Origin: the human T2T-CHM13v2.0 reference genome, Homo sapiens
Strand: one strand, 5' to 3'
Assembly (NCBI RefSeq): GCF_009914755.1
Contig: NC_060947.1
DNA length: 64,000 nt
Shown: positions 42,820 to 56,489 of the stretch, in pieces
Position numbering within the stretch: position 1 is the first letter of the stretch
Layout of the letters: each line of letters begins with the position of its first letter
The notes under the pieces: model-generated
What the model was told of the DNA's origin: nothing
Database searches by the model: none
What the model saw: only the letters and a program-made list of their open reading frames with translations
Made by a program: the position numbers and the translations under genes

Positions 42820-42985
42820 GCTTTGAAAAGCACATTGTCATCTAATTGCTTAAAGTCAAATATAAAGAGGAAATATTAAAGAGGGCAAATGAAAAGATAA
42901 GTTACCTTCAAACTAAAAATAATTAGACCGAAAGTTGATTTTCAGCAGAATATATGATACCCAGGAAACAATGGAATGCTATTTT
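42820..42985 (+). mobile_element. Ancient L1M ORF1 remnant
   Basis: AAGTTACCTTCAAA..AATTAGAC..GATTTTCAGCAGAA..CAATGGAATG. Confidence 0.5.
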
Positions 42986-43060
42986 TTAATTTTAAATTTT
43001 GGTGGGTACATAGTAGGTGTATATATATATATATATATATATTTATAGGGTACATGAGAT
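42986..43060 (-). mobile_element. L1MA 3' tip with (TA)n expansion
   Basis: TTTTGGTGGGTACATAGTAGGTGTATAT..TTTATAGGGTACATGAGAT. Confidence 0.75.
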
Positions 43061-43390
43061 TGTTGTGGCTTTTGTAGTTTGGCAAGCAGGAGGGAGTGGC
43101 ACCCAGAAGCCTTTTTGCTCCCATAATTTGGCAAGTGAGAAGGAGGGTTACAGCTCTTTTATTCCTACTGCCTGCAGCTCAGCAAACGGGAGGGTTACAG
43201 CTCTTTTCCTCTTGCCATTGGCAGCTTGGTGTGTTCAGGGTTCTTGTCCTGCGATCAAGAGGAATAAGGTACGCAGACATCATAAGGCAGAAAAGAATTT
43301 TATTGACCAACAGGAGGAAAGTTCTCAGCTGTGAGATAAGACCCTGAAAGCAGGTAGCTGTCTGTGAGGCTGAGTCTGGGGGTTTTACAA
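43061..43390. mobile_element. Partial ERV1 LTR (LTR1/LTR27/LTR28/MER52-like group)
   Basis: Starts TG; repeated GGAGGGTTACAGCTCTTTT; GGGTTCTTGTCCTGCG..AATTTTATTG. Confidence 0.6.
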
Positions 43391-43870
43391 CCAGTATTCA
43401 AAAGTTGCAACCTTTATGGCCTAGACTGCCTTTCACGTTTACTTAGAAACCCAGAGAATTTTAGCTCTTGGTGGTGAGGTTTGTAGGAACTCAAGTTCTG
43501 ATCACTAGAATCACCAATTCCCCTCTGGCTCGGGCTGGTTTAAATGTTCCCTCCATGGGCAGGCATCAGGTGAGTTTGGTCTGGTTTTCCTTTCTGCTCT
43601 AACAGGACAACACTGAGTTCAATGGCTCACAATTGTTGTGCTCTTACTCCCCCAGCACCCAGAGATGCTCTCAGTGCACCCCACTGCTGCTATGGGTGGG
43701 GAAGAGGTGTCATCAGCAATTCAAGACTGTTCTCACTATCTTTTTAGTGCCCTTTTAGTGATACAAAGTTAAAATTAGGTAACTATGAGAGTTTACCTGA
43801 TTTTTGGTTCCTATGAAAGTGTTTTTTGTGTGTAGATAGCTGTTAACTTGGTGTCTTTGTTGGGGGAGTG
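43391..43870 (-). mobile_element. L1MA (L1M1/L1M2-type) 5'UTR end
   Basis: TTTATGGCCTAGACTGCCTTTCA..AATTCAAGACTGT..GATTTTTGGTTCCTATGAA..GTAGATAG. Confidence 0.7.
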
Positions 43871-44974
43871 TTTTGCTGTGAACCAAAAAACCGTTTTTAA
43901 AAATAAACTCTATTTTTTTTAAGTAGCTCATAAACTATGTCCTTCACTGTCAATTATTCTATGTGTTCAGTGGCCTCAGGGCATCCTAAAATTTGTATTA
44001 ATAGTTTGAGTTATTTTAGCAATAATTTCCAAACTCTTGCACATTTACACTAAGAATGGCATACTCAGAGATGCTGAAATTTCACGTAGCATTTCTTCAT
44101 TTTCCATGCACTCTCCAACCTTCTTTCTCTTTTTCTCTGTGTTAGCTGAGGTTGGTTCGGTACTTTTCTAATTGCCAATTCCTTTTGCTATTCCTTTATA
44201 ATTATGATCCTAAGGTCTGAAGATAAATAAGAAATAGCTGAAAACAGAAAAATTATAAGTGGGCCTTTCTCAGTACTGAGTTTGGATGAGGAATTTATCC
44301 AGTTTGGGCAAATGGAAGAAAGAGAGTTCAGGTATTAGACCTGCTGCCCACGAATGATATTATGCCTTAGTTTCCATTGTTTCCTGTGGCAACAAATTCA
44401 AGGATTCAAGACCCTAAACAGAGAACCTGGTCAAGTTGTTTCCGGTAATAGAGCCAACAGCTATGAAATAAGAGGCTTAAAAGTTGCTGCAGATATCAAA
44501 AGCCACAATTCCAATTGCTAAAATTCATGGATAAATAGCTCTCCCTCCATAATGGTGTATTGTCAAATGTGAAAGTTCATTAAGTTTAGCCATTAGGTAT
44601 TTCAAAGTTAAAGCAAAGGTTGATGTGCTGCTGCACTACAAACCAGAATCTTCTTGAGCAGATTCTTGATAAGATTATTCCTTCAGACTTTGATTTAAGT
44701 GCTAGCAAGGGGATGATGCCTTTAAAAAAAAAAATAGCTAGAGCTTGAGCAGAAAGTCCACACACTGTAGTTGCAATCAATGCTAGTTGATGTCAGCTTC
44801 ACTGCACCACTGAAGTCACTGAAGAAAAAAAGTTTGAGTTCAAAGTATTCCTAAATATAATTATTACTATGACAGTAAAACATTTTCAGAAATTATTTAA
44901 TATCAAACATTCCTTGTGAAAGATTTTTGAGGTAAAGACATTCTACTTGTTTTTAATTTAAACCACAATAAAAA

Positions 44975-45190
44975 TATCTGCATGTTACTGAGTGCTTGCT
45001 CCACGTCAGACACTTTTCTGAATATTCTATGTGCACTTCTTCATTTATTTTTAATAATCCACAGGAGATACTATTATTAGCATAATTTTTCAGGTGACAA
45101 AACTAATCACTGACAAAGTTAAGTAATTTGCGCAAACCTACAGAATTAGCAGTAAACCAGAAGTTGAACACCAGACTCCATACATAACCC
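44975..45190. mobile_element. MIR remnant
   Basis: TTACTGAGTGCTTGCT..GTTAAGTAATTTGCGCAA. Confidence 0.6.
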
Positions 45191-45429
45191 ACAAACAATA
45201 CTTTTTCTATAACAGCAAACCACTTTGCCAAATACTTCTTCACCACCATATATTATCTATTTCATTTAATTACATGAATTTCAATTGACAGCAAGATGAA
45301 AATAGATGAGAAGCATTGAGATATACTATTTAAAATATTGAGAATAATTTATGAAACATGTCCTAATCCCTAACTATACATTTTGGCTTGTACTTTGTTT
45401 ATGTGCCATTTTTTTGTTGGTTTTCTATT

Positions 45430-45560
45430 TTCTTCACAAATATGTAAGCCTTATGAAGAGAAATAACTCTATCTGCTTGCTCTCCAGAGTATCTTCATCA
45501 CTTAGAACAGAGCCTAGAACGTGGTAAGTGTGAAATAAATATTATATAAATGAATGACTT
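45430..45560 (+). mobile_element. L2 3' end remnant
   Basis: TGTAAGCCTTATGA..CTTAGAACAGAGCCT..AATAAATATT..AATGAATGA. Confidence 0.65.
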
Positions 45561-47147
45561 CATATGATATAAAACATATTTCTGATTGTTTCCTTAATTT
45601 GTATTTTAATTAACACTGATATTTAATACTATCTCCCTCTTTCTACCACAGATATTAATATTCTATGAAAGTGTTTGAAAAAGGTACATGATGCTATAAA
45701 AATGCTCAAATTGCATATGTTCCTCAAAATTGTTCCCTTCATCTGTATCATCTGCCTTTACATGATCTTCAATGATCATATAATTGAAGATCATATTTAT
45801 TTGATCTTTGCATTTATATGATCTTTGCAATTTTTAGAGTGAAAATTTGGAGATTAAGAAATTAATGACAGGCAAGAGAGAACAAAAGACACTTGAAAAT
45901 TTGCCATGATACTGGTTTTTAAGAAACTGTTAAAAACAAGCAGTAAAACAAAAGAGTTGAATGCCTGTAGCAGGAGGTGTAGAAGTTTTTAGTGAGCGTC
46001 AAATTTACGCTGTCCAGGAAACTATAAACAGATTTTAAGGAGACCACCAGAAATTTTCACTCAAAACCAGTAACCCATGTCTGGCTACATATATTAGTCA
46101 GCTCAACTGGACAAATGTTACTATTGTAGCAGAAGAAGCCTATGGCTATCTCATACTCCACAGCTATTTTAAGAGAATGAGGATTCTTGCCTTGTGGCCT
46201 CTGAGGTTTTCCAGTGAGTATATTTCTCATCCTATTTTTGTTATCAAACAGCTAGGAGGTTGGAAGGGTAAACGAATGGCTTTCCCAGACATTTAGCTGA
46301 AAGTCATAAGGGAACTTTCCCCAGGCTGCCAGTCCCTGATAATACATATTTAAAGAATTAATTCTGATAATTTCTGGTGTCTGTGAAGCCTCCATTCTGG
46401 GAAAAAAAAAAAAAAACTTGTCAAGTGTCAGTAGTTAGAGAAAGCCATTCCTGCAGAGTTTGTGATGGCCATCTGGAGCTTTTCTGACCTTTCTCTTCAA
46501 GTTAAGGGTCGGCAGAGGCAGAGCCATTAGGCAGTTAAAAAACATATTTTCACCATACATTGTTGACCACACACCTGCAGTATTAGGCTGTTAAAAAATC
46601 ATAAGGATTGCAAAATGTTCTCCTACCTTGCTTAGCAAGAACAGAAGTGTAAACTGAAATACCTGATAGTTTTCAAGGTGACATGCCGTTTTCCAATCTT
46701 GACGCCCTGTTTGTGCTTAGGTAGTGGCTAAAGCAATGTAATGGAAGTATCATTTTATCACTTCACCTTTTAGGATCCAATTTATCCAGTACACTTTTGA
46801 AATCAGTTGTTTGAAGCTCAAATCTTTTACAACTCTCAGATAGAACAGATGGCACAGCCATATTAGCAGTGACACTATATATACACACCAAGTGAACCGG
46901 GGCTATTATCTGGTTAAGTGGCTGTCAGCATTTCCATTACAAACCCAGCTTTCAAGGGTCTATAATTCAGATACTTTAAATAACATCTGGCTGAAACTTG
47001 GTGTATAGAAATGATGAGTGTTGAGTAAAAATTAGTATAATTTTGTGAATGTATGAATACTTCTGGAAGACTCAGCTTGATCAATCGGGTGCTTTTTTAG
47101 CGATGACTTCCACTAATTAGTATATTTTGAGGTTCTAAGCACATGCC

Positions 47148-47330
47148 ATTCATTTATTCAGTCAGTCAGTTAGTCACTCATCAAATATTTATTTCACATT
47201 TACCATGTGCCAGGCCCTGTTCTAAATGGTGGAGATATTCTGGAGAACAAGCAGGCAGAGTTCCCTCTCCTTGTAGGGTTTATGTATTCATGAAGAAAAT
47301 TTAAAAATCAGCAAATAAATAAATCTCAAA
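47148..47330 (-). mobile_element. L2 3' end remnant
   Basis: CATTCATTTATTCA..CAAATATTTATT..TGTGCCAGGCCCTGTTCTA. Confidence 0.7.
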
Positions 47331-48389
47331 CCAGTATGTACAGTTGAAGATTATGGTATGTTTCATAAAATATTCTCCATACTTTAAATAGTACACCTTG
47401 ATCTTTCTAATCTTATTTTCATTGCACTGTCAAAAAGGTGGCAATATATACTTTAATATTTACATTATGTCAATCATAGTTAGAATAAATGCAAAGCTCA
47501 CCTGATGTTATTTTAACTGCCATAGTAGGACAAAAATGTTCTCATTTGATATCACAAATTTTAAATGGACAAAAATATACAAAAAACATGGAAACTGAGC
47601 TTTCAAAATAAATCATGCAGGTATTAAGGTAACCACTGCTTTATTGCTAGTAGAGGAAGGGATACTTGGGTTTTGTAGGTCTTGAGTCTTGTACAATTTT
47701 GGGAGCCCTCCTTTAAGAAAATGTATCTTTAATAACAAAACAAACTTAAATATAAAAGTTAATATTTAAAATGAGAAAGAGAGTAACAAATTTAGAAAAT
47801 CTCCCATATATTACAACATCAAGAATCCATCCCCTAGGGAAAAGTCCATGCAAGTGACAGTCTCTGAACCTTTATTTACCCTTCTGGCCTTCATGGTAAA
47901 TTTATTTGCCTCTGTGTAGAGGAAACATGTTGAGCCAAAACAGTTAATTACCATTAATTGTAAAACCATAGAATCTCAAAGTTAGATACAAATTTGAAAG
48001 AAAGTAAAAGACCTGCCAAATACTGACTGAATTTTAATAAATTAGAAACAAACATTTGAGTAACATAATAGAGACCAGAAGAAATAATATTCTAAATTCT
48101 GTTTGGTATCTAAGATTTTTTTCCTTTAAAATTTCACATCGTTGTCTAAAACTTCTATATTTAAGTGTGTTTACTCTCTACTTGATAAATTAATTTCATG
48201 TAGCAAAAAACTCTCAGTTCCAGCAGAGGTGACTGACTGGCACACTCAAAAGAGGAACCTAAGGCCATATTTTGACTTGGTTAAAAAAAAGCATTGCATC
48301 AGGTGAAAGTCATGTGCGCATGAGCGATGAGTGAACATATTAGCCCACAAATTTTACTTGTTAAGGATCAGGATATAAAAGAAAGAGGA

Positions 48390-48590
48390 GAGACTTGAGA
48401 GAGTTCAAATCCATGTTTTCACGCTTATTAGATGAGGATCCTGAGGTAAGTTATAATCTCTCTTTAAATCTCAGTTGTTTTATCTACAAAATTTCAGCAA
48501 TAATATTCCACTGTAAGGAGATTTTCAGGCTTAAATGAGATTTTCATATCTAGAAAACCTAGTACTTAGTAAACAGTCAATAAATACTAG
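48390..48590. mobile_element. MIR fragments
   Basis: AGATGAGGATCCTGAGG followed by TCTCAGTTGTTTATCTACAAAAT. Confidence 0.55.
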
Positions 48591-51500
48591 CTTCATCCCT
48601 ATCCACACTTGCAAGTAGTTGTGAACTTTGAACATCTGTGGTAAAGCAAACCATGTTGTATATAACCCACAAGCTTCTTTCTGGTAACACGCAAGCTTCT
48701 TTCTGATCACAATCTTCTTTCTGGTAGAGTCCAGCCACCAGAGTGAGGTCTGCTATGACACTTTCTCTCAGCACTGAATAATAACGTCCTCTATTATAAG
48801 AGCTAGTAGGCACTTACTCCATTCTCCTCTTCTAAAACAGGTACAGGCATCTTTGTGCATTAAAGAATTATTTATCATGCATAACATCCTGTAGGTATAA
48901 TGATCACAGTTCCTTTGTTCAAAGATACCCCATTAGCCAGCCAATTATGTTGGTGATCTGTTAGCCTCCTTTACAGCCCAAATGCTCCCTGCTCTCTAAT
49001 TCATATGAACTTTTAAGAATGCCATATGTTCAAATTGCTTCACTCCATACTTATTTCCTTTCCCACTATTATCCCCATCTGTGTAACTGCAGGCTTTGGG
49101 GAATGGATACTTAGCTTTTCATTGGTTTTAAATCCAAGTTACTGCCCGGTTTATTTACATGTGTTTTATTTAATTGCTTTCTTCGGGTATTTAATTTGTT
49201 TCATGTTTACTTGACTAAAAATCTTGGTTAAAAACAGTCTGTTCTGAGAGAATGTGAAAAGTTTCCATGTCATCCATCTTACTCTAAGTTTGCAATTCTA
49301 AGGATATGGCCATCTATATCTCAATGTGGTTGAAGAAAATCATCCTCCCTTTCTTGCTGCAGAAGAGTTCTCAGAGTCTTCATTTCCTACAACTCTATCG
49401 TCTTTCTTTTATTTGTGCCATTTAGCTTAGGTGAGGAACAGACTTAAAGCGCCCAAATAATGGCTATGTGACTGGTGATGGAGTGTTAGCAAAGTGATGT
49501 AATTCTTATTGTAACACTGAAAGGTTATAATAAACCTTAGGAATATCTGATTAACTTGATATTTTCATTAATATCAGCACTCTCAGTATTTGCTTTAAGA
49601 TTGATTTTGACTGTCTCTTCCAATGCTGAAACATCCACATGATCTGTATATGCTCCTGAAGAACTGGCTGGTGTACATGGTGAAGATAGAATTATCTAAA
49701 TGGTCACATTGCTTTGGACCAACATGATATTCTTGGTTAAGAGTTTTCTGAAAAGGTCTGTTAGGAGAACTTTTTGTCATTGTTTTTCCACAAAAGAGAC
49801 AGTTTAATAGAATACTTTATCCCCTGCCCCTACTTTTTAAAAACGAGTAAATGATTCCATGAATGATATAGGATTATCCTTCTGCAGTACATAGCAAGTA
49901 ATAAGAAACTGTGAATCATACTGTAAGCTATTTGGGTCAAGTTTCTTCCTATTTAGAGGCAAAAGCTTTACTATATATTTCAGAATATACAATTTCTAAG
50001 AGCAGAATATGGAGGACTTCAGAAAGGCATTCTAAAAGTTGATCACAGGCTTTAATCTACTTTATGAGTCCCCTTATTAGGGCATAGATGTGAGGTTTAT
50101 AGAAGAATTATTTATTTTATTTTGGCTATCCTTCTCAAATTGGAGGTCTGAAGGTATATCTCAGGGAGTACCAAATGGATAAAAAGTTCAAGATAAGTAT
50201 GACGCATCTTCTGTCAATTCCATTCTACTTAAAGCTATGAAGAGAAGAAAATCAAGTAACTTAATTGCAAATAATTTTATATTTATTTTAAATTAAAACA
50301 TGTTATATATCAATGTATTATTGAATAAAAGTGTTTTTGATGAGACATGTGACTTCAAAATTATTCCACTCTGCTGGTGAGCTCCTATGTGTAATAACCC
50401 TTTGCTGCCAGGGGAACATGGCCATTCCCTTCTGTCACTAGTGTTACCTTTGTAGAAATGTTTCATACAGCATAACCTGGTATAATTTGAAGAGTTATTT
50501 TATTGTTTCTCACAGAAAAGCCCATTCAGAAGGGTTTTTGAGATATCAACATGTTTGACAATAAGAAATATTTGTTAATCCATATCCATACACACATACA
50601 CATTTAAGAAGAAAAATTGGGTAAACCACCATAGAGATGACACACTTTCTCTTCATATCTTATTACTGCCATGAATGTTTGCAAATAATGGGCAGCCAAT
50701 GATCATGACACAGGCTTATCAAGGCAAATTGACATTGATTCATGCATATTACATTTTTATACATACTGTATTCGAACCACATACTCAAACTGAGGTGAGA
50801 CTAACTCATCATCTCTTTACTTCTTAAGATAATGAAAGAATAAGTAATTGGTATCTGAATTGAGGTAATTCTAAATAATATCATGCATGGGTATTCATAA
50901 AGTACTTAGGTTGGATTAAGAAGCTGAATACATAATTCAGGTTACCAGTATTATTTTATAAAATACTTTGATTTTCTGGTAATGTAAACTTACTGTGAGT
51001 ACCACAGCATAATATTATTACAACAAAATCCCAATTCATTAGAACCTCAGTCATTGGAAATTAACGATATTTTGAATTATGCTGTACCAAATTGAGCTGG
51101 GCTTCTGCGCTATTTATCGAGATAGTAAAATCACCATGCAAGAGTTCAGAATAACTGACTTCTATAAAGGAAGAACCATATTATATTGGCATAATGTCAA
51201 ATAAGAAACACATGCTAATTAGTCTGTTAATTGTGTCCAATAAGATAACTTGCCAGTAATATCAAAGTTTGTTTCTTAAATGTGTAAGCTGGGGATGTAA
51301 TATTATATGTCTAACAGTAGTTATTTGTGTTAATTTAAACTTTCCTCTAATTCACAATTTCATTTTTTAGTTGATCTAAGATGTGTATGTCACATTTACC
51401 AAAATATTCTGACATCTAAATCCATTCATAAGAGATTTGTAGTCATTGGTATCTACCATTACTGAATAGCCTTTTGAACTGAACATATATGTACATGAAG

Positions 51501-53519
51501 TTATAGCTTGCCTGTTGTCAATGCACACTTGCATATAATTTTGACTAACAAAAGAAAACTAGAAAGGCAAAAATTACATTTCACAGACACTACTTTTTAT
51601 TTAGATTTCTCTTTTAGGGATGACAGATATGAATGTTTTTTCTTAAAAGCTTTGCCATTGGTGCACACACACTATTCATTCTCTTTTGCTATTTCTTTCT
51701 CCCTCCCTCCCTTCTTCTATTTTAAAAGGAAAATTAAAGATATATTGGTGAAAAACAAATCAACAGATAGCTGAATAAAATGATCACTTAAGATGCTTAG
51801 GAAAAAAAGAAAATCCCAACAACCTGCTTTGCTACTCTGGATCAGCACAGCAACATACAGTTCCAAGTCTCCTATAGAGGGAGCTGCTGCACTACTAAAC
51901 ATTGAAGACCTGGCCTTCAGTTAGATGTGGACAATTTTAAGTCTATTTTACATAAATATAAAAGAAATACTAAGGGCTTATTAACATGTCATTGCGGAAC
52001 AAAATTTTGTTTTCTTTCTCCACAATGTCACAGATGTCAACTGAATGTGTCTAATGAAATTGATACTACAATCTGTTGGTAAAGCACAGTATTTTGTTTT
52101 GTTTTTGGAAGAACATAGGCCAGGTGTCAAGGCAGTGTATTAAATGTGGGTTGCCTCATACACAAAAATATAGATAACTTTACAAAAGAAGAAAATGATA
52201 TAATTTCAAAGGAGTGAGGTACCAAGGAGTACCTAGCCCCACTCATTCTCCTGCACCAATAACACAGAAAATATTACAAAACAATACACATTTTAATAAA
52301 TTTATGTCAAAATTAATGACTGATACTTGGTAATGAGGTTTTGTAACAAATTATTGAACCATCATGGAGGAGAAAGAGGAAGTAATTAAGATGATATTTG
52401 TCAACTTTTCTTTATATGCTGAGAAGCACCAAGATATAACTTGCTAAATTTAATTAAATTCTGATGGAAACCTCAATGTCTTTATTGCCTGACTGTTAGC
52501 TGAGGGTTATGAATACTAATTATTTGCAGTTGTTGTTTCAAGATAATCAAACATGATAAGTTGAAGTATAAATCAGTTATTGGGAAAGAAATAGTTTAAA
52601 ATATTAAATAACAATAATAATGCTATTGATGAACTAAAATAAAATAATTTTAAGATTTAAGGCAAAGTTTCTAGTGTTAAAAAAGTATTAGTCAATGAGG
52701 ATATTTAAAATCCAGCAAAGTTGTGCTTAAGCAACAAAATTATATCTTGTGTAAAAGTAAGCATTTAAATTGAAAATATAGTATCTTTTAATGGTGAAAT
52801 TTATAGAAATTGCTGTGTTATTTGCTTTCTCAATTTACCCAAAAAATCATAAATATTTTAGTGGATTTTATATTTGAGTTCAAGCAATGTATTCAATTTT
52901 ATGATTATGTTTTTAGATAACAGAGCCAGTTACATTATACAAGTTTAAATTTTTATAATGCTTTACACCTGGCTGATTTATACAGACCATGAACAGACCA
53001 TTTACAATATTTCTCTGAAGCTTTATTTTCCCTTTATAGTCACTAAATTCAATGCTGAATCAAGCTCGTAAATTACATAAATTAATGGTTAGTACAGTTA
53101 CTAGAGCTCTTTCCACATGCTAAAATCTTAATCATAACTTTTGTAATGTGTAAATTGACAGAGTGAAAGGCTAACAGTTTTTTTATCCCCAACCAATTTT
53201 TAATTATTCTGAAATTTACTATATTGATGATAAAGAACAATAAATTTGCAAGTTTATAGCAATGGCACAGAATGATTTCTGCTGAGGATCTGAAAGAATG
53301 TAATGTGTACACAAAACTGAGTTTGTAGCAAAAACATTTTCATAGAAATGAAACAAAAATGAATATCCTTTACAGGTTCAGACTTTTACTGATATCACAA
53401 AAATTTATTGATATTATTTCTCTGAAACTGGGATGTATCAAAAGAACTAGTGGAAATTTGTAGGATAAATGATTATTCTCATCTACAAGGCTGTTTTATA
53501 CTACCTTTCATCTTAGGGC

Positions 53520-53654
53520 TTTTAGCATATGAATCGACTTACTGAATAAATAATGTTTCCATTATTAAGACATAATAAATAATAGTTTTTAGCATATGCA
53601 TCAACTTACTGAATAGTTTTTAGCATATAAATCAACTTACTGAATAAATAATGT
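53520..53654. repeat. Three copies of a ~30-bp unit TTTTAGCATATGAATCAACTTACTGAATA
   Basis: copies start near 53520, 53587 and 53618. Confidence 0.9.
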
Positions 53655-53758
53655 ATGCACTCAACCAGATTTGAAACAAAAGAAGAAAGTGAAATCTGGG
53701 GTTAATAAATTAGTTAATTTGAAAAGTAACATTATTATTTAATTTAACAAGCAATCCT

Positions 53759-53965
<207 letters not shown>

Positions 53966-55959
53966 ATTTAACAAGCATTCCTTGAGCATTATGCCAGACA
54001 TGGTAATAATCCTTGGGAATAAATAATCCAGTGAGACACTGTGCTTGCTCCCCAGTGGGTAGATCTAAATATGTATAAAACCTAAGGATTTGAATAGGTA
54101 GAGAAGAGATTTGCAAAACTCGGTGATCTTCATTCCTGTAGCCACATAAACTCAGGGAACCAGGTAAAGAGATAAGGAAAACGAGGACAGGAGTTAAGAG
54201 AGAGCTTCACAATGGTAGTGAATATTGAATTATACTTTAAGTACAAATATAAGTCAGTCCTCCATTATCTCAATGAGAAAAACACGCACACATGCATACA
54301 TTCATGTATAAGTATTTCAGTCAATTTAAATGTAAAACCTTAAAGATAGAAAAGTCAAATATTTATATTTTAATTTTATTAAGTTGCATGTATTTAGGTA
54401 TCATAAATAATTTTGAGATATTTCTGTATTCCACTCACATTTAATGACATACTTATCTTAAAATGCTTCAACTCTAACTCCAACATCAATGTCCTCTCAT
54501 CTCCTTGATCCCTTTTCTGTATTCTCCAACACAATTTTCTAAAGCATATATTCACCATTTCAGTCTAAGTTATTTGAGACACAACACATTTTTGAATTTA
54601 CTGAAAATAAACATCTTTATTGAAGGTGTTCTATTTGAATATTACAGAGAAAAAACATTTTTCATTGGTATACATTTGTGACTTGTACAAAATAACCTTC
54701 CAACAATTCTTTCTAAAATAATCTTGGAAAGACTTGTTTTCAGTGACATTTTCCAACTTAAATATTGATGCGTGAGAACTGGTTTCTAATGTTTTTTGTG
54801 GTGGAGAGGGGTGAGGGGACTGCTAAGTCAGCATTTTCTAAAGTTAAGGAGTACTGTAAAATGTTCATGGTCTAAAAGTTTTGCGTCATGTTAATTTAAG
54901 CTTTTTGGAAACTTTATTTGCTGATATGCAGTGTGAATGTTCAGGAAGAAGATATAATAAGTAATATTTCTTTTTTTAAAATTACATAACCTTTTTTTTG
55001 GTTCTCTTGTGGAGCAGTTTTTAAGAGTGAGGCTCTGTAGCACATGTTGCAAAAAAAGCAAGCTGCACTTTACCACTGGGAATACAAGTAAAGGACTGCA
55101 AGCACTGTAAAGTATAAAGTGTGCGGTGACAGGACATAAAACTGGAAAGGTCCTTGGGGCTTTGGTACACCATGTTAAGGATCTGCAACTGTGTAGAGAT
55201 GGCATTTAGGTACAGGGGGCAGTGGGAGTAGGGCTGACAAGAGGTATGTGATATATTCTAGAAATGGTAGCCTGTAGTCACATTCAAATGCTATTTAGGA
55301 GTTAGATTAAATAGGATTAGGTTGAGTAATCCATCAGAAACATACACCTAAATCTATCAAGTTTGAATCCATTCAACATTTTATCAAAAAACGATTTATA
55401 TATTTTGGCATGAACTAGCAGAATGCCTTACTTTTAAATATTCACACAAGGCAATTGCCATTCTGGAATCACAGATGAAGCCATTTGCTATACAGTGGCA
55501 TTCTATGATTCTTTAAATAAGTATATATGCATTCTAATATTGATGCCTGACCTTTGAAAAACATTTTTTCCCTTGAATTTTGGGAGGACTTAAAGTGAAT
55601 TTGAAAAGAGCTCTCCAGCTAAATTTGCTTAAGAAGATTAAGTAAATGCTCTGCTGATAAATGCAAAGTTTCAGTATGGAGTATTTAGTGCTTGAGAGGC
55701 ATGAAAGCAAAAGTAAAGGCTAGTATTTCTATTTTGGGGAGAGTGGCTTCTCATCTGCTCAAGTTCTGAGAATGCATAAACTATTAGCAGTACCTTTCCC
55801 CATTTCTTTTACTCTTCTGTTTTCCTCTCACATATTTTTAAGTTCCTCTCTTTACTCATTTTCAAATCCGAAGTACAGGTGTGAGGGAAATAAGATGTCA
55901 CAGTAATGAAAGACATTTCCACATTTCTAATCTAACTGCCCCAGAACTCAAATGGTTTT

Positions 55960-56400
55960 CTTTGTTCAGTTGTCAATATTACAGTCACTAATTTTGTCCC
56001 ATTAATTCCATTCTGTCTTATAGCCTCATCACTCTATTGAAATTGCTCTTGTAAAGGTCAAGTTGACAAAATCAAATAGACACTTCTCTGATCTCAACAT
56101 TGAAGCAGTATTAAGTTGTTTATATATGCTGGTTTCCATGACATCATGCAATCGTGCTTTTCCTTGAACCTGTCTGGCCAGTTCATCTCAATTTCTTTGG
56201 CTGTTTCCACCTTCTTCGAATATTATTCAAAATCTTTACAACTCCTAGTAGCTTTACCTTCCAAGATTTATACTTATGGATCTCTTTTGATGTATCTCTC
56301 TCTTTGATGGGTCCTTAACAATCACGAGCTGCAACTGAGGTTTGAGTCCTCTACCTGACTGACTTCCTGCCTACTGACATATCCCTATTTTGATGTTTAG
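55960..56400. mobile_element. L2 remnant
   Basis: CACTCTATTGAAATTGCTCTTGTAAAGGTCA..CTTCCTGCCTACTGACATATCC. Confidence 0.6.
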
Positions 56401-56407
56401 TACAGGC

Positions 56408-56489
56408 ATGCACAGTTTGTACATAATTTTGCATAAACTATTTTTGGTATGCACAGTTTATACATAATTTTGCATAAACTATTTTTGAT
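56408..56489. repeat. 41-bp tandem duplication
   Basis: ATGCACAGTTT(G/A)TACATAATTTTGCATAAACTATTTTTG(G/A)T twice. Confidence 0.95.

Noticed and set aside
53520-53654. CRISPR-like repeat-spacer appearance
   Set aside because: Only one spacer, copies 2 and 3 are tandem, no cas genes, eukaryotic context
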